A stretch of 60,346 nucleotides of DNA from Mycobacterium sp. Its GTDB lineage: Bacteria; Actinomycetota; Actinomycetes; Mycobacteriales; Mycobacteriaceae. Shown in pieces: positions 20,545 through 30,249 of this stretch. Position 1 is the first letter of the stretch, and each line of letters opens with the position of its first letter. Location of the stretch: NCBI GenBank assembly GCA_040511255.1, contig JBEVHL010000677.1, positions 1 to 60,346 on the forward strand, written 5' to 3'. Both the position numbers and the translations under genes were made by a program. Below the pieces are notes generated by a model, which did no database searches, had not been told where the DNA came from, and saw only the letters and a list, made by a program, of their open reading frames with translations.

Positions 20545-20568
20545 TATAATGAGTACATGACCAGTCGT
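20545..20568 (+). promoter_or_regulatory. -10 TATAAT followed by operator ATGACCAGTCGT upstream of tetR
   Basis: TATAAT 20545-20550; operator repeated at 25018 and 32661. Confidence 0.6.
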
Positions 20569-20611
20569 CTTGAATCGGCAGTACCCTACTCGTCGCCGTC
20601 AGGGGAACGAC

Positions 20612-21184
20612 GTGGGTAGGCCGAGCGTCAAGGAGCAGCTGGTCGATAGAACGCTCGGCGTCTGGCTCGCACGAGGCTTCGAGGGTTCTAGTGTCAACGA
20701 CCTCGTGGCCGCAGCGGGAGTCCCAAAGGGGTCGTTCTACAACCACTTTCCCAGTAAGGAGCACTTCGCCGTCGAGCACGTCCGCCGGTACGTCCTCACC
20801 TTGCAACTCGGATCGCTGCAGAGCGCGCCAGGCCCGGCCGTGGACGCGATACGTGAACACTTCGTGCAGCAGATCATGGCGCGTCGAGAAGGTCGAACTG
20901 AACACGGTTGCCTGCTGGGAACCTTCAGCAACAGTGTGACCGAGTCCTATCCCGCTCTGCGTGAGGCCGTAAACGAGGGATTCGAGCAATGGATCGGTGC
21001 CCTGGCGGCGGCGCTGTCCAGAGCCCGCGACGCCAAGGAGATCATTTCCGATCGTGACCCGGCCGAGCTGGCGGCCGCCCTGGTGGACGCTTTCGAGGGG
21101 GCGATCGCCCGCAAGAGTGCCACCGGATCTTCGAACCCGCTGGATGTGTTCCTCAACGTGACCCTCGCCGAGCTCACCCGCTAG
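20612..21184 (+). CDS. TetR-family regulator (NemR/LmrA-like)
   Basis: GVPKGSFYNHFPSKE HTH, GCLLGTF; AGGGGA RBS. Confidence 0.9.
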   Translation: MGRPSVKEQLVDRTLGVWLARGFEGSSVNDLVAAAGVPKGSFYNHFPSKEHFAVEHVRRYVLTLQLGSLQSAPGPAVDAIREHFVQQIMARREGRTEHGCLLGTFSNSVTESYPALREAVNEGFEQWIGALAAALSRARDAKEIISDRDPAELAAALVDAFEGAIARKSATGSSNPLDVFLNVTLAELTR

Positions 21185-21261
21185 CGGTCAAGTCGTTGCG
21201 GTGCAGCGCCCCACCGGTCGGGGGAGCTGGCCGGACGAAGCCGCTACCCGCTGTGCCGCCC

Positions 21262-22626
21262 TTAGGCGGCGTCGGTACCTTCGCGCCCGATCAGACCGAA
21301 TCTCGCTGCGTTGCCGAAGGAGTCGTCGACAAGGACGACCGCTCGCTCATCGCGGTCGAGGATGGATGCCGCGATGGATGCTCGATATCCTGAACCGCAA
21401 TGCACCCACACCTCCCCGTTAGGCACCTCTCTGAGCCGCGTCGCCAGTTCCTGCAACGGGACGTTGAGGGCACCGTCTATGTGTGCGTCCTCGTATTCGC
21501 TCCGCTGGCGCACGTCGAGAATGGTGAGGCCGTGTCTCGCGGTCGCCGCCAGTTCGCGGAAGTCCACCACTCGGTAGGACCGTAGCGCGGTTCCATTGGC
21601 CAATTGCGAGACGTCTCCTACCGCCGAACCGTCGACCCGATCGATGCCGATACGCACCAGTTCTCTTCGGGCATCTTCGATCTGACGTTCGTCCTCTCCG
21701 ATCAGCGTCAGCGCCGCACCCCACTGGTGAAGCCACCCCAGGTAGGTGATGAAGGACGTGGACAGTTCGAACCCCAGGCTGCCGTCAAGGTGCCCAGCAG
21801 CGAATGCGGTCCGGCGACGCAGGTCCACGACCCACTCCCCGGCATCGATCCGACGGCGCAGTTCGGCAGGATCGAAACGGATCGGCATCGATAAATCGAC
21901 CGGCGCGGGCCCGCTCCTGTTGATAACGCCCATGTGGGCGTAATAGGTGGGGTAGGCCGACAATCCTGCGATGAGCTCTTCGACGTACTGCTCCTCGGCG
22001 CGCGTCAGCGCGGGATTGGTGTGGCGTTGATCGGCCACGGTGGTGGCACCGTCATCCCCAGGGGTGGCAGAACAGAAGCTTCCGAACCCGTGGGTGGGGT
22101 AGACAACGGCATCGTCGGGAAGCGCGTCGGCGAGACGGCGGACCGAATGAAACTGTGCCTGCGTCAGCTCCTGGGTGTGCTCTTCACCGAGAAGATCCGT
22201 GCGCCCGGTCGTGCCGTGCAGCATCGACCCTCCGGTGAATGCCGCCACGGCCGAACCGGCGGGTTCGAGCAGGACGTAACTCGTGTGGTGGTGGGTGTGA
22301 CCAGGGGTGAGCATGGCGCGCAACCGAATCGGACCGGCATCAATGAGGTCACCGTCCTCGACGGCGCGTCGCTCGTAGTCGACGTCGTCACCGGCAGGCA
22401 CTACGTATTGCGCACCCACGGTGCGCGACAGTTCCAAGCCGCCGGTCACATAGTCGTTGTGAATGTGGGTTTCCAGAACATGGGTGATCCGTACCCCTTC
22501 CTCACGCGCCATGTCGAGGACCCGGTCGATGTCACGCTGAGGATCGATCACGACGGCTATGCCGTCCTCGGCGACCAGATAGCTGCGGTCGCCAAGACTG
22601 GTCGTCTCGATGATGAACACTTTCAT
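21262..22626 (-). CDS. MBL-fold protein fused to rhodanese domains (persulfide dioxygenase/sulfurtransferase-like)
   Basis: THIHNDY, TPGHT, PTHGFGSFC; C-terminal rhodanese VHCGSGYR. Confidence 0.88.
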   Translation of the reverse strand: MKVFIIETTSLGDRSYLVAEDGIAVVIDPQRDIDRVLDMAREEGVRITHVLETHIHNDYVTGGLELSRTVGAQYVVPAGDDVDYERRAVEDGDLIDAGPIRLRAMLTPGHTHHHTSYVLLEPAGSAVAAFTGGSMLHGTTGRTDLLGEEHTQELTQAQFHSVRRLADALPDDAVVYPTHGFGSFCSATPGDDGATTVADQRHTNPALTRAEEQYVEELIAGLSAYPTYYAHMGVINRSGPAPVDLSMPIRFDPAELRRRIDAGEWVVDLRRRTAFAAGHLDGSLGFELSTSFITYLGWLHQWGAALTLIGEDERQIEDARRELVRIGIDRVDGSAVGDVSQLANGTALRSYRVVDFRELAATARHGLTILDVRQRSEYEDAHIDGALNVPLQELATRLREVPNGEVWVHCGSGYRASIAASILDRDERAVVLVDDSFGNAARFGLIGREGTDAA

Positions 22627-22958
22627 GAGCTTTCCCATCTCTTTCGTGCGTCGACGCCGGAGAGTGGCGTGGCGCGTGCGGCGGCGTCGGCGCCGTCGAC
22701 CTCGAATCGCTGGTCGGTGTTGGCATGGCTGGTCGCTCCCAGGTCGTGCAGGACGCACGCGAGGAAGAGGAGTTCGTCATCGTGATCGACGGCTGGGCCG
22801 TTGCGCGCGGCCAGTTCTCGGGCGAATAGACAGCTACGGATGGTGTGGTTGTAGATCACGCCGGGGGAGACGTCGTACGTCAGTTGGCGGGCAGCAACTG
22901 CAACCGGAGAGTCGGGCAGTCCGAATTGTAGGGCGGATTCGGCGTCGGGGATGGTCAT
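22623..22958 (-). pseudogene. Truncated HD domain protein (N-terminal half only)
   Basis: YNHTIRS, VLHDLG, RFEVDGADAA, then stops at 111 aa; paralog at 18865 is 212 aa. Confidence 0.75.
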
Positions 22959-24871
22959 GGCGAACCGTTCATTGATGTTGTATCGATCGAGGTGATTGCT
23001 TGCCGGTCAATGGCCGCCGTGGGGATCGCTTCGTCACGGGGATCAGTGGACGAGGCAGTGTCGTTGCGCTCCAACTGGAGTGCGTCGTCGTATGCGCGCA
23101 GTGCTTCGCGAGTGACCGGGCGTATGTCTTGGGCCAGAAGCAAGCGGGACGCGACGAGACTCTCGGCGGCCTCTGCAACTGCGGCCGCGTACTCGTCGCG
23201 GCTGGCGTAACGTTCGGTCGCCGTCGGTCGATCTGGCGGGAAACCCATTGTGCTGCCTAGACGTTCATACAGTGCCGTGGGTAGTCCGCTAATTCGGCGT
23301 CGTGGATTCCACCCGGTGTACACCGCGCAGGGCACGGAGACGGCGGGCAACTTGACGCCAGCGATCTCGTTGCCGTCGTCATCCACGGCCGAAACCAGAT
23401 CGGGGTAGAAACTCCCCAGGGCCGCCGGCCACTGCCCCACGCCATCGCGGGCCGCCGGGCCGAGGTCGACGCGGCGCGCCCGCGGCAGAGCTTCCACATC
23501 TGGTCTTGGCACGTGGCCGAAGCGTGCGAGAACCTCGGCGCGGGACGTGGCAGTTCGATCCGTGGTCCGCGGAATTTGACTGGCTGGCGGTGAAACTCCA
23601 TCGAGCCACGCGTCGAGTGCCACGAACAACGCACGGTGAATGGGTGTCGGATCTAGCGTGTGAGTGGCATTTTCGGCAGGAAACGCGCCCTTCACATCTA
23701 GAGCGCCGAAGTGGTCTGTGCCGGCGAGGAGGTAGGTCCGCACGTCTGGATCCTCGTCGAGGTCGTCGCCGGTGTACCGGTCGACGTGTTGCAGTGCGGC
23801 GTCGCCGCGCCAGTATTCCCACGCACTGTTGGTCATAATGACCTTGGGGAGCCCGCCCATTTCCCGCTGGCGGCCCAGAAGCTCCTGATGACTGAACGGG
23901 GGTTGATCCCCGAAGCCATGGACTTCAGTCAACGGGGGTTGGGCGTAGCGATGGTTGAATTCACCGCGCGCCGCTCCCGCAGTAGACGAGAGGATTCCGT
24001 CGAATGCTTGAAGGCCCGTTTCGTCGACGTTGAGACCGTCGAAGAGGAACTGGCGCAGAAACCTGCCGCACTGCGACTCGCCGAAGCCCAGTACTCGGTC
24101 AAATCCTCTGGAGCGTAGGTGGGTTGCGAAGTCGCGCAGCGCGAGCAACCCACACCCAACTACGGGAGTCCGATTGGTGCGGTAGGTCAATTCGTACCAG
24201 TGAAACGCCTGGAAGTCGCCGTCCAAGGTGAGGTGTTCACCGTCGTCGAATCGCCACCTCGAGCGGTCCATCTCGATCTTGGGTCCTTCAGGTGTCGTCC
24301 GAACGCTGAGGGATGCCTGCGCGTCGTCGAGGTCGGCAGCCGGGTACCCCGCGAACTGGAGGCCGGGCATTCCGGGCTGGCTGGGGCTCAGGGGGAGAGT
24401 CGACGTCGTAGTGTCTAACCGCCATTCCAGGCGCAACTGGCCAACACCCACGTCCGCCTCTGGGGCGGTGAGCCCCAACCCGCCCGAGGAGCGCAGGACG
24501 TCCCACTGCCATCCGCACCAGGCGATCGTCCAGCCTTGATCGACCAGGAAGCCATCCCCGGTGCCCTGGTTCCCGGAACGCGCTGGGTCGTGAGATCCCC
24601 GCAAGCTGAGCGGCGGACCGATGACCAGGCCCCGGTTGGGGACCACGAGCAGGACTTTCCGGTTGCCACCGTCCGCGGGACGTAGCATCTTCACATCGGC
24701 ATCGAATGTGACCAGACCAGTCGCGTTGCGGGGCGCCCGGTTCAGGTCGACGATGCGCTGATTCGCCGGATTGGCTGGCTCTACGGCGAATGAGGCCTTC
24801 GCAGACACCCATTCGGTGCGACCGTCGCGACTCCGCTCGACGCCGTGTTCGACTAAGTCCCGCAGCGCCAT
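22955..24871 (-). CDS. Large alpha/beta hydrolase domain protein (uncharacterised family)
   Basis: GWQWD, GESQCGRFLR, EYWRGDA, DDDGNEIAGVKLP; AGGAG RBS. Confidence 0.75.
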   Translation of the reverse strand: MALRDLVEHGVERSRDGRTEWVSAKASFAVEPANPANQRIVDLNRAPRNATGLVTFDADVKMLRPADGGNRKVLLVVPNRGLVIGPPLSLRGSHDPARSGNQGTGDGFLVDQGWTIAWCGWQWDVLRSSGGLGLTAPEADVGVGQLRLEWRLDTTTSTLPLSPSQPGMPGLQFAGYPAADLDDAQASLSVRTTPEGPKIEMDRSRWRFDDGEHLTLDGDFQAFHWYELTYRTNRTPVVGCGLLALRDFATHLRSRGFDRVLGFGESQCGRFLRQFLFDGLNVDETGLQAFDGILSSTAGAARGEFNHRYAQPPLTEVHGFGDQPPFSHQELLGRQREMGGLPKVIMTNSAWEYWRGDAALQHVDRYTGDDLDEDPDVRTYLLAGTDHFGALDVKGAFPAENATHTLDPTPIHRALFVALDAWLDGVSPPASQIPRTTDRTATSRAEVLARFGHVPRPDVEALPRARRVDLGPAARDGVGQWPAALGSFYPDLVSAVDDDGNEIAGVKLPAVSVPCAVYTGWNPRRRISGLPTALYERLGSTMGFPPDRPTATERYASRDEYAAAVAEAAESLVASRLLLAQDIRPVTREALRAYDDALQLERNDTASSTDPRDEAIPTAAIDRQAITSIDTTSMNGSP

Positions 24872-25010
24872 GCCACTCCTTCTTCTTCGTCTCGGAACTC
24901 GGCCCGCGCGGCGCGTCTCGAGTACCTATGGACTCCCGTGAGATTGAGCGTGTCGGCAAATGCCTGCCCTACTCACGCCTCCACCCTTCCTCGATCAAAC
25001 TTCCACATCG

Positions 25011-25029
25011 ATGGTAAACGACCGGTCGT
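25011..25029. promoter_or_regulatory. Perfect palindrome ACGACCGGTCGT next to minus-strand -10 TACCAT
   Basis: Palindrome 25018-25029; matches 20557 and 32661. Confidence 0.6.
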
Positions 25030-25114
25030 ATTACAGAGCGAGCGACTGACCCGTAGGGGGGAACAGTGCGTCGCCGTCGACGTGTGCGCCAGTGCAGCGC
25101 TCCGGTCGCCCGCG

Positions 25115-25564
25115 TCAGTGGTACGCAGCGGTCCGCTGGGACTTAACGTCCAAAGGCGATATCTCGCAACCTGATTCGTCGATGAAGCACAATCGGACCG
25201 CTTGTCCCGTGAGGGAGCGGCGTTCGATCGACGGTCCTTGTGCGCGGGGCAGGTACGTGTCGCCCCATTGCCCAAGGGCGCCGAGGACCAACTGCAGTTG
25301 GCGCCCAGACTCGGTGAGGTGGTACTCGAGGCGTTCGCGGCGACCCGGTTCCCGATAGGGCCGACGCTCGAGCGCTCCGTACTTCACCAAAGTGCTCAGT
25401 CGGGCGGTGAGAATGTCCGACGAGACGCCGAGCGCATCCTTGAACTCCTCGAAACGTGTTGCTCCGCGGTGCGCTTCTCGCAGGATGAGCAGGCTCCACC
25501 GCTCTCCGACCACGTGAAGAGAACGCTCGATGGAGCACTGCAGGTCTTCCAGGGATGCGGCCAC
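25115..25564 (-). CDS. HxlR-family winged-helix regulator
   Basis: CSIERSLHVVGERWSLLILRE, EYHLTESG; TATTGT + 7 nt + GTG suggests a leaderless start (alternative ATG 25591). Confidence 0.9.
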   Translation of the reverse strand: MAASLEDLQCSIERSLHVVGERWSLLILREAHRGATRFEEFKDALGVSSDILTARLSTLVKYGALERRPYREPGRRERLEYHLTESGRQLQLVLGALGQWGDTYLPRAQGPSIERRSLTGQAVRLCFIDESGCEISPLDVKSQRTAAYH

Positions 25565-25579
25565 ACCGCTAACAATACG

Positions 25580-25628
25580 CTGGGTTGACATTTCCCACTC
25601 AGATGCTAGATTCGGATTTCCAACCCAA
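25580..25628. promoter_or_regulatory. Putative HxlR operator region between divergent genes
   Basis: CTGGGT-N11-ACTCAG imperfect inverted repeat; TGGGTTG/CAACCCA pair at 25581 and 25621. Confidence 0.45.
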
Positions 25629-25638
25629 AGGAGCTGAT

Positions 25639-26337
25639 GTGGAGATCGCGGGCAGTGTTGTCCTAGTAACGGGTTCCAATCGGGGGTTGGGCCGTACCTT
25701 CGCCACGGAGCTCGTCCGGCGGGGAGCCAAGGTCTACGGCGGAGCGCGTGACGCTTCTGCCGTCGACGTCGCCGGCGTCATCCCCGTCGCGATCGATGTC
25801 ACCGATCTGGCTTCGGTCGACCGCGCCGCGCAGTTAACCGGCGACGTCAGCTTCGTGGTCAACAATGCCGGAACCTTTACTGGCGCCTCACTACTCACGG
25901 GTCGTCTGTCCGACATCGTGCTCGACTTCAACACGCACTATCTCGGATCGCTCAACGTCGTGCGTGCTTTCGCGCCTCAGCTCGGTGAACACCCCCAGAG
26001 TGCAGTTCTGAACGTACTTTCGCTGTTGGCGTGGGTGACATCCCCGGGCTTCGGCTCCTACTCCGCCGCCAAGTCTGCCGCCTGGGCGATGACCAACGCC
26101 CTGCGGTTGGAGTTGGCTGAACAGCGCACGCAGGTCAGTGCACTGCACGTCGGCTACATCGACACGGACATGGCCAGTCACGTCGACGCCGAGAAATCCG
26201 ACCCGGTCGATGTCGTTCGGATCGCGCTGGATGGCGTAGAGGCCGGAAAACCGGAAATCATCGCCGACGAATCGACCAAACGAATTCAAGCCGCACTATC
26301 CGGCGGCGTCCCCGCGCTGTACCCCGAATTCGCCTGA
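25639..26337 (+). CDS. SDR family oxidoreductase
   Basis: TGSNRGLG, NNAG, YSAAK; AAGGAG RBS. Confidence 0.92.
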   Translation: MEIAGSVVLVTGSNRGLGRTFATELVRRGAKVYGGARDASAVDVAGVIPVAIDVTDLASVDRAAQLTGDVSFVVNNAGTFTGASLLTGRLSDIVLDFNTHYLGSLNVVRAFAPQLGEHPQSAVLNVLSLLAWVTSPGFGSYSAAKSAAWAMTNALRLELAEQRTQVSALHVGYIDTDMASHVDAEKSDPVDVVRIALDGVEAGKPEIIADESTKRIQAALSGGVPALYPEFA

Positions 26338-26370
26338 GCCGTAACAGGACCACCGGACAGAAGGACATTC

Positions 26371-27315
26371 ATGAAGTTCAGCATTTTCATACCGACCGGC
26401 TTCGTCCACGAGCTATCCGATTTCTCCGATGCCCGAGACGCCTACGAACGTCTCGTCGAAGTCGCGCAGGCGGCGGACCGGACGGGCTACGAGGCGGTGC
26501 TGGCACCTGACCACCTCACACCGCTGCCGCCGGCACAAGAGATCGTGTTCGAGGCCTGGTCGTTGATCACCGCCCTGGCCGAACGGACAGAAAAGGTCCG
26601 GCTGGGCCTGCTCGTCGGATCGGCGGGCTACCGGAACCCGGCGTTGGCCGCCAAGATGGCCAGCACGGTTGACGTCATTTCCAACGGACGTCTCATCTTT
26701 GGGCTAGGTGCGGGCTGGCACGAGCCGGACTACGAGCAGTACGGATTCGAATTCGGCACCCTCAAGGACCGATCGCGGCGCCTCGAGGAAGCCGCACAGA
26801 TCGTCCTCGGCCTCTGGACCAACGACGAGTTCACCTTCGAGGGGCAGTTCTACCAAACCAAGCGCGCGATTAACAATCCGAAAGGTGTTCAAAATCCGCA
26901 TATCCCGCTGATGATCGCTGGATCGGGCGAGAAGGTGACGCTCCGCAGGGTCGCCCGCTACGCGGACATCAGCAACATCGTCGAGCCCCCAGATGTTGCG
27001 CGAGCGAAGTATGAGGTCCTCAAACAGCACACCGAGGACGTTGGCCGCGACTACGATTCCATCCACCGCACCGCCCTCACGCTGGTCAACCTTGCCGACT
27101 CTGATGACTCGGCACGGGAGGGCCTGCCCTCGAGCGCGCAACTGCTGTTTCCCGGAAGCGTCGCCGACTACGGGCTCGTGGGGAGCCCCGCAACGGTCGC
27201 CCGACGCATCGCTGCCTACGCGGAGTCCGGAGTCCAAGAGCTCATTCTGCTCTTCGCCGATCCCACCAGCGTGGAGGAAGTTTTGCGTTTCGCCGAGGCT
27301 TTCATCGACGCGTGA
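26371..27315 (+). CDS. LLM-class, probably F420-dependent oxidoreductase
   Basis: APDHL, YRNPALAAKMASTVDVISNGRL, GAGW, IAGSGEK. Confidence 0.85.
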   Translation: MKFSIFIPTGFVHELSDFSDARDAYERLVEVAQAADRTGYEAVLAPDHLTPLPPAQEIVFEAWSLITALAERTEKVRLGLLVGSAGYRNPALAAKMASTVDVISNGRLIFGLGAGWHEPDYEQYGFEFGTLKDRSRRLEEAAQIVLGLWTNDEFTFEGQFYQTKRAINNPKGVQNPHIPLMIAGSGEKVTLRRVARYADISNIVEPPDVARAKYEVLKQHTEDVGRDYDSIHRTALTLVNLADSDDSAREGLPSSAQLLFPGSVADYGLVGSPATVARRIAAYAESGVQELILLFADPTSVEEVLRFAEAFIDA

Positions 27316-27372
27316 CGCGGTCTGCGCATCACGGACCGCCGCCATGTTCACCACCAACATGAGGAAGAGCAC

Positions 27373-28839
27373 ATGGGATTCGAGGACAACACCCAACCGT
27401 TGACCACTGCGGCGGGCGCGCCGGTGGTCGACAACCAAAACAGCATGAGCGCAGGGCCGAGGGGCCCGCTGTTGCTGCAGGACCTCTGGCTGATCGAGAA
27501 GCTCGCGCACTTCGACCGGGAGGTCATCCCCGAGCGGCGCATGCACGCCAAGGGTGCGGGGGCGTTCGGTACCTTCCGGGTGACCGAAGACATTTCCGCC
27601 TATACGAAGGCGGCGATCTTCGCCAAGGTCGGCAACAGCTGCGAGATGTTCGCGCGGTACTCCACCGTCGCCGGCGAGCGCGGGGCGGCCGACGCCGAAC
27701 GCGACATCCGTGGCTTTGCGTTGCGGTTCTACACCTCTGAGGGCAACTGGGACGTGGTGGGAAACAACACCCCGGTGTTCTTCCACCGCGACCCCCTGAA
27801 GTTCCCCGACTTGAACCGTGCGGTCAAACGCGATCCACGGACGAATCTTCGCGATCCGGAGAACAACTGGGGCTATTGGACGGGTCTGCCCGAGTCGCTG
27901 CATCAGGTGACGATCAACATGGGTGACCGCGGGATTCCCAAGTCCTACCGGCACATGCACGGCTTCGGGTCGCACACCTTCAGCCTCATCAACGCCGCCG
28001 GCGAACGGCACTGGGTGAAATTCCACTTCCGTACCCAGCAGGGCATCGAAAACCTCACCGACCAAGAGGCCCAGGCGGTGATCGGGGAGGACCGCGAGTC
28101 CCACGGTCGCGACCTGTTCGAGGCGATCGAGCACAGGGACTACCCGCGGTGGAAGCTGTTCATTCAGGTGATGCCGGAGAGCGATGCGCTGACCTACCGT
28201 TTCCATCCGTTCGACCTGACGAAGGTGTGGAGTAAGCAGGACTATCCGCTGATCGAGGTGGGTGAGTATGAACTGAATCGCAACCCGGACAACTACTTCG
28301 CCGACGTCGAGCAGGCGGCGTTTACCCCGGCCAATCTGGTCCCGGGGATTTCCTACAGCCCCGACAAGATGCTGCAGGGCAGGTTGTTCTCCTACGGTGA
28401 CGCGGCCCGGTATCGCGTGGGGGTGAACCACCACCAGATCCCGGTGAACTATCCGCGCGGCGCCACGTTGGTGAACACCTACCACCGCGACGGGGCGATG
28501 CGCGTCGACGGTAACCAGGGCGGCGTTCCGGGTATAGAGCCCAACAGCTTTGGCCGCTGGGCTGAGCAAGCGTCCTATGTCGAACCGCCTCAGACGGTCG
28601 GTAGCACCGCTGATCACTTCGACTTCCGCGCCGATGATGACAACTATTTTGAGCAGCCCGGTGACCTCTTCCGGTTGATGAGCGGGGCTGAGCAGCAAAG
28701 GCTCTTCGGGAACACCGCCCGCGCCATCAAGGGCGCGCGATCGGTGACCGTCGAAAAGCACATCGAGAATTGCACGCGGGCCGACCCTGCTTACGGCGAG
28801 GGTGTACGCAAGGCATGCGAGGCGCTCGGCGCACTCTGA
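27373..28839 (+). CDS. katA: Monofunctional small-subunit heme catalase
   Basis: [15 protein letters not shown] (distal His), VGNNTP, RLFSYGD (proximal Tyr). Confidence 0.95.
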   Translation: MGFEDNTQPLTTAAGAPVVDNQNSMSAGPRGPLLLQDLWLIEKLAHFDREVIPERRMHAKGAGAFGTFRVTEDISAYTKAAIFAKVGNSCEMFARYSTVAGERGAADAERDIRGFALRFYTSEGNWDVVGNNTPVFFHRDPLKFPDLNRAVKRDPRTNLRDPENNWGYWTGLPESLHQVTINMGDRGIPKSYRHMHGFGSHTFSLINAAGERHWVKFHFRTQQGIENLTDQEAQAVIGEDRESHGRDLFEAIEHRDYPRWKLFIQVMPESDALTYRFHPFDLTKVWSKQDYPLIEVGEYELNRNPDNYFADVEQAAFTPANLVPGISYSPDKMLQGRLFSYGDAARYRVGVNHHQIPVNYPRGATLVNTYHRDGAMRVDGNQGGVPGIEPNSFGRWAEQASYVEPPQTVGSTADHFDFRADDDNYFEQPGDLFRLMSGAEQQRLFGNTARAIKGARSVTVEKHIENCTRADPAYGEGVRKACEALGAL

Positions 28840-28916
28840 TCCGAGTTGAGCTCGATTGCTGGGGCGTTGGGAATTCGGGGGAATTGGCGCGCACCGACAC
28901 GTTTGGCGTAACGCCG

Positions 28917-29099
28917 TCAGTCGACCGCAGTCGCTTCGTTGAGGGCGTCCCGCGCCGGAGGGCACCTGAACGGCGAGGGCGTCGCGAAGAGGTGCCGAAA
29001 TCCATCGTGACCGTGCACCGTGCCGTGGAAGTGGTAGACCGTGGAGTCGACCGGGAACGACGCCACCATCTGCTCGACGCCCCACTCTCGAACTGCCAA
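28917..29099 (-). pseudogene. Remnant of a SnoaL/NTF2-like gene paralogous to 54201-54704
   Basis: WGVEQMVASFPVDSTVYHFHGTVHGHDGFR vs WDVDAMVESFLPESTTYHFEGTVHGHAGLR. Confidence 0.7.
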
Positions 29100-29197
29100 T
29101 TGGAGGGGGAAATTTGGTTACTTAGCGGTCTTTTCGTGAACGGTGGCTGTCGTCCCGTCGTGCGACTCAGTGACGGACTCCATCGACGGTGCTTCCG

Positions 29198-30193
29198 TCA
29201 TGAGCCGGTTGATGTCGCGAGGTCGGCTTGGATGCGTGCCGAGTTTTCCAGGGCGAAGCGCAGCGTCTTCGGTTCTCGCCCGAGGAGTGTGGCCAGGTCG
29301 TCGGTCGGTAGATCGAAGTAGCGACCGCAGGCCATCAAGCGGGTCAGCGTCTTGAGGTGTTCGCCGTTGTGCGGCTTGTCGGCTGCCAATGCGCTGTCGA
29401 TGTAATCGGCGTTCCACGACTCCAGGTCTTGGGGAACGTACTTCACCGAGCGGTTCATGACGGCGGCGTAGTCGTCGGCAAACTCGTACATGCTCTTGAG
29501 CTCGGGCCCAATCAGCGTATAGGTCTTGCCGACGTGGGCGGCCGGCTCTTTGAGGATGTTCACACAGAGCTCGGCGACGTCGTATCCCGCGATGGGTGCC
29601 ACCTTGCTGTCACCCAGCGGCAACCGTAGTTCTCCGGTGGAGAGCAGATCTGGAATGGGAAACCAGGCGAAGATGGGATTCTCCACGAAGATGCTGGCGC
29701 GGACGTGGACTACCGGAAGGCCGGACCAGTCCAGAACCTGTTCGCCGATCCAATGCGCGCGCTGCTGCGGTGACCACTGAGATACGGTGCCGCCCAACCA
29801 CGACAACCGGATTCCTTCCGGCGCCGTCATCCGGTCGAAGGTCAGCAGGGACTGCTCTGACTCAGAAATGTTGACGAATACTTCGAGGTCTCGTTGCGCA
29901 CGGGCGACCGCGACCATCAGCAGGTTGGCGTCGACGTAGTACGGCGACAATCCCATGCTGAAGTACACCCGTCGACAACCCCTCAGAGCTGCCGCGACAT
30001 CGGCGATGTTGAGCAAATCTCCCACGAATACGTCGGCCCCAGCCGTCCGGAGCGCCTCCGCACGATCGTCGTCAGTGCGGACGAAGGCGCGGACCGGCCA
30101 ACCCGCGTCGAGGAGCATGCGGACCATGGTGGTGCTGACTGAGCCCACCTCACCTGCGGCGCCCGTGATGAGGATGGGACGTGTGTGCGTCAT
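29198..30193 (-). CDS. NmrA-family NAD(P)H-binding protein
   Basis: ITGAAGEVG Rossmann motif. Confidence 0.85.
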   Translation of the reverse strand: MTHTRPILITGAAGEVGSVSTTMVRMLLDAGWPVRAFVRTDDDRAEALRTAGADVFVGDLLNIADVAAALRGCRRVYFSMGLSPYYVDANLLMVAVARAQRDLEVFVNISESEQSLLTFDRMTAPEGIRLSWLGGTVSQWSPQQRAHWIGEQVLDWSGLPVVHVRASIFVENPIFAWFPIPDLLSTGELRLPLGDSKVAPIAGYDVAELCVNILKEPAAHVGKTYTLIGPELKSMYEFADDYAAVMNRSVKYVPQDLESWNADYIDSALAADKPHNGEHLKTLTRLMACGRYFDLPTDDLATLLGREPKTLRFALENSARIQADLATSTGS

Positions 30194-30249
30194 GTTGCTC
30201 CAGTTCGATTGCAGAAGTCAATGATTCGTGTGCGGAAGGTGCTTCGAGG

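Noticed and set aside
26704-29085. 793-aa minus-strand ORF
   Set aside because: Antisense shadow of the catalase and LLM genes, typical of high-GC DNA; no motifs
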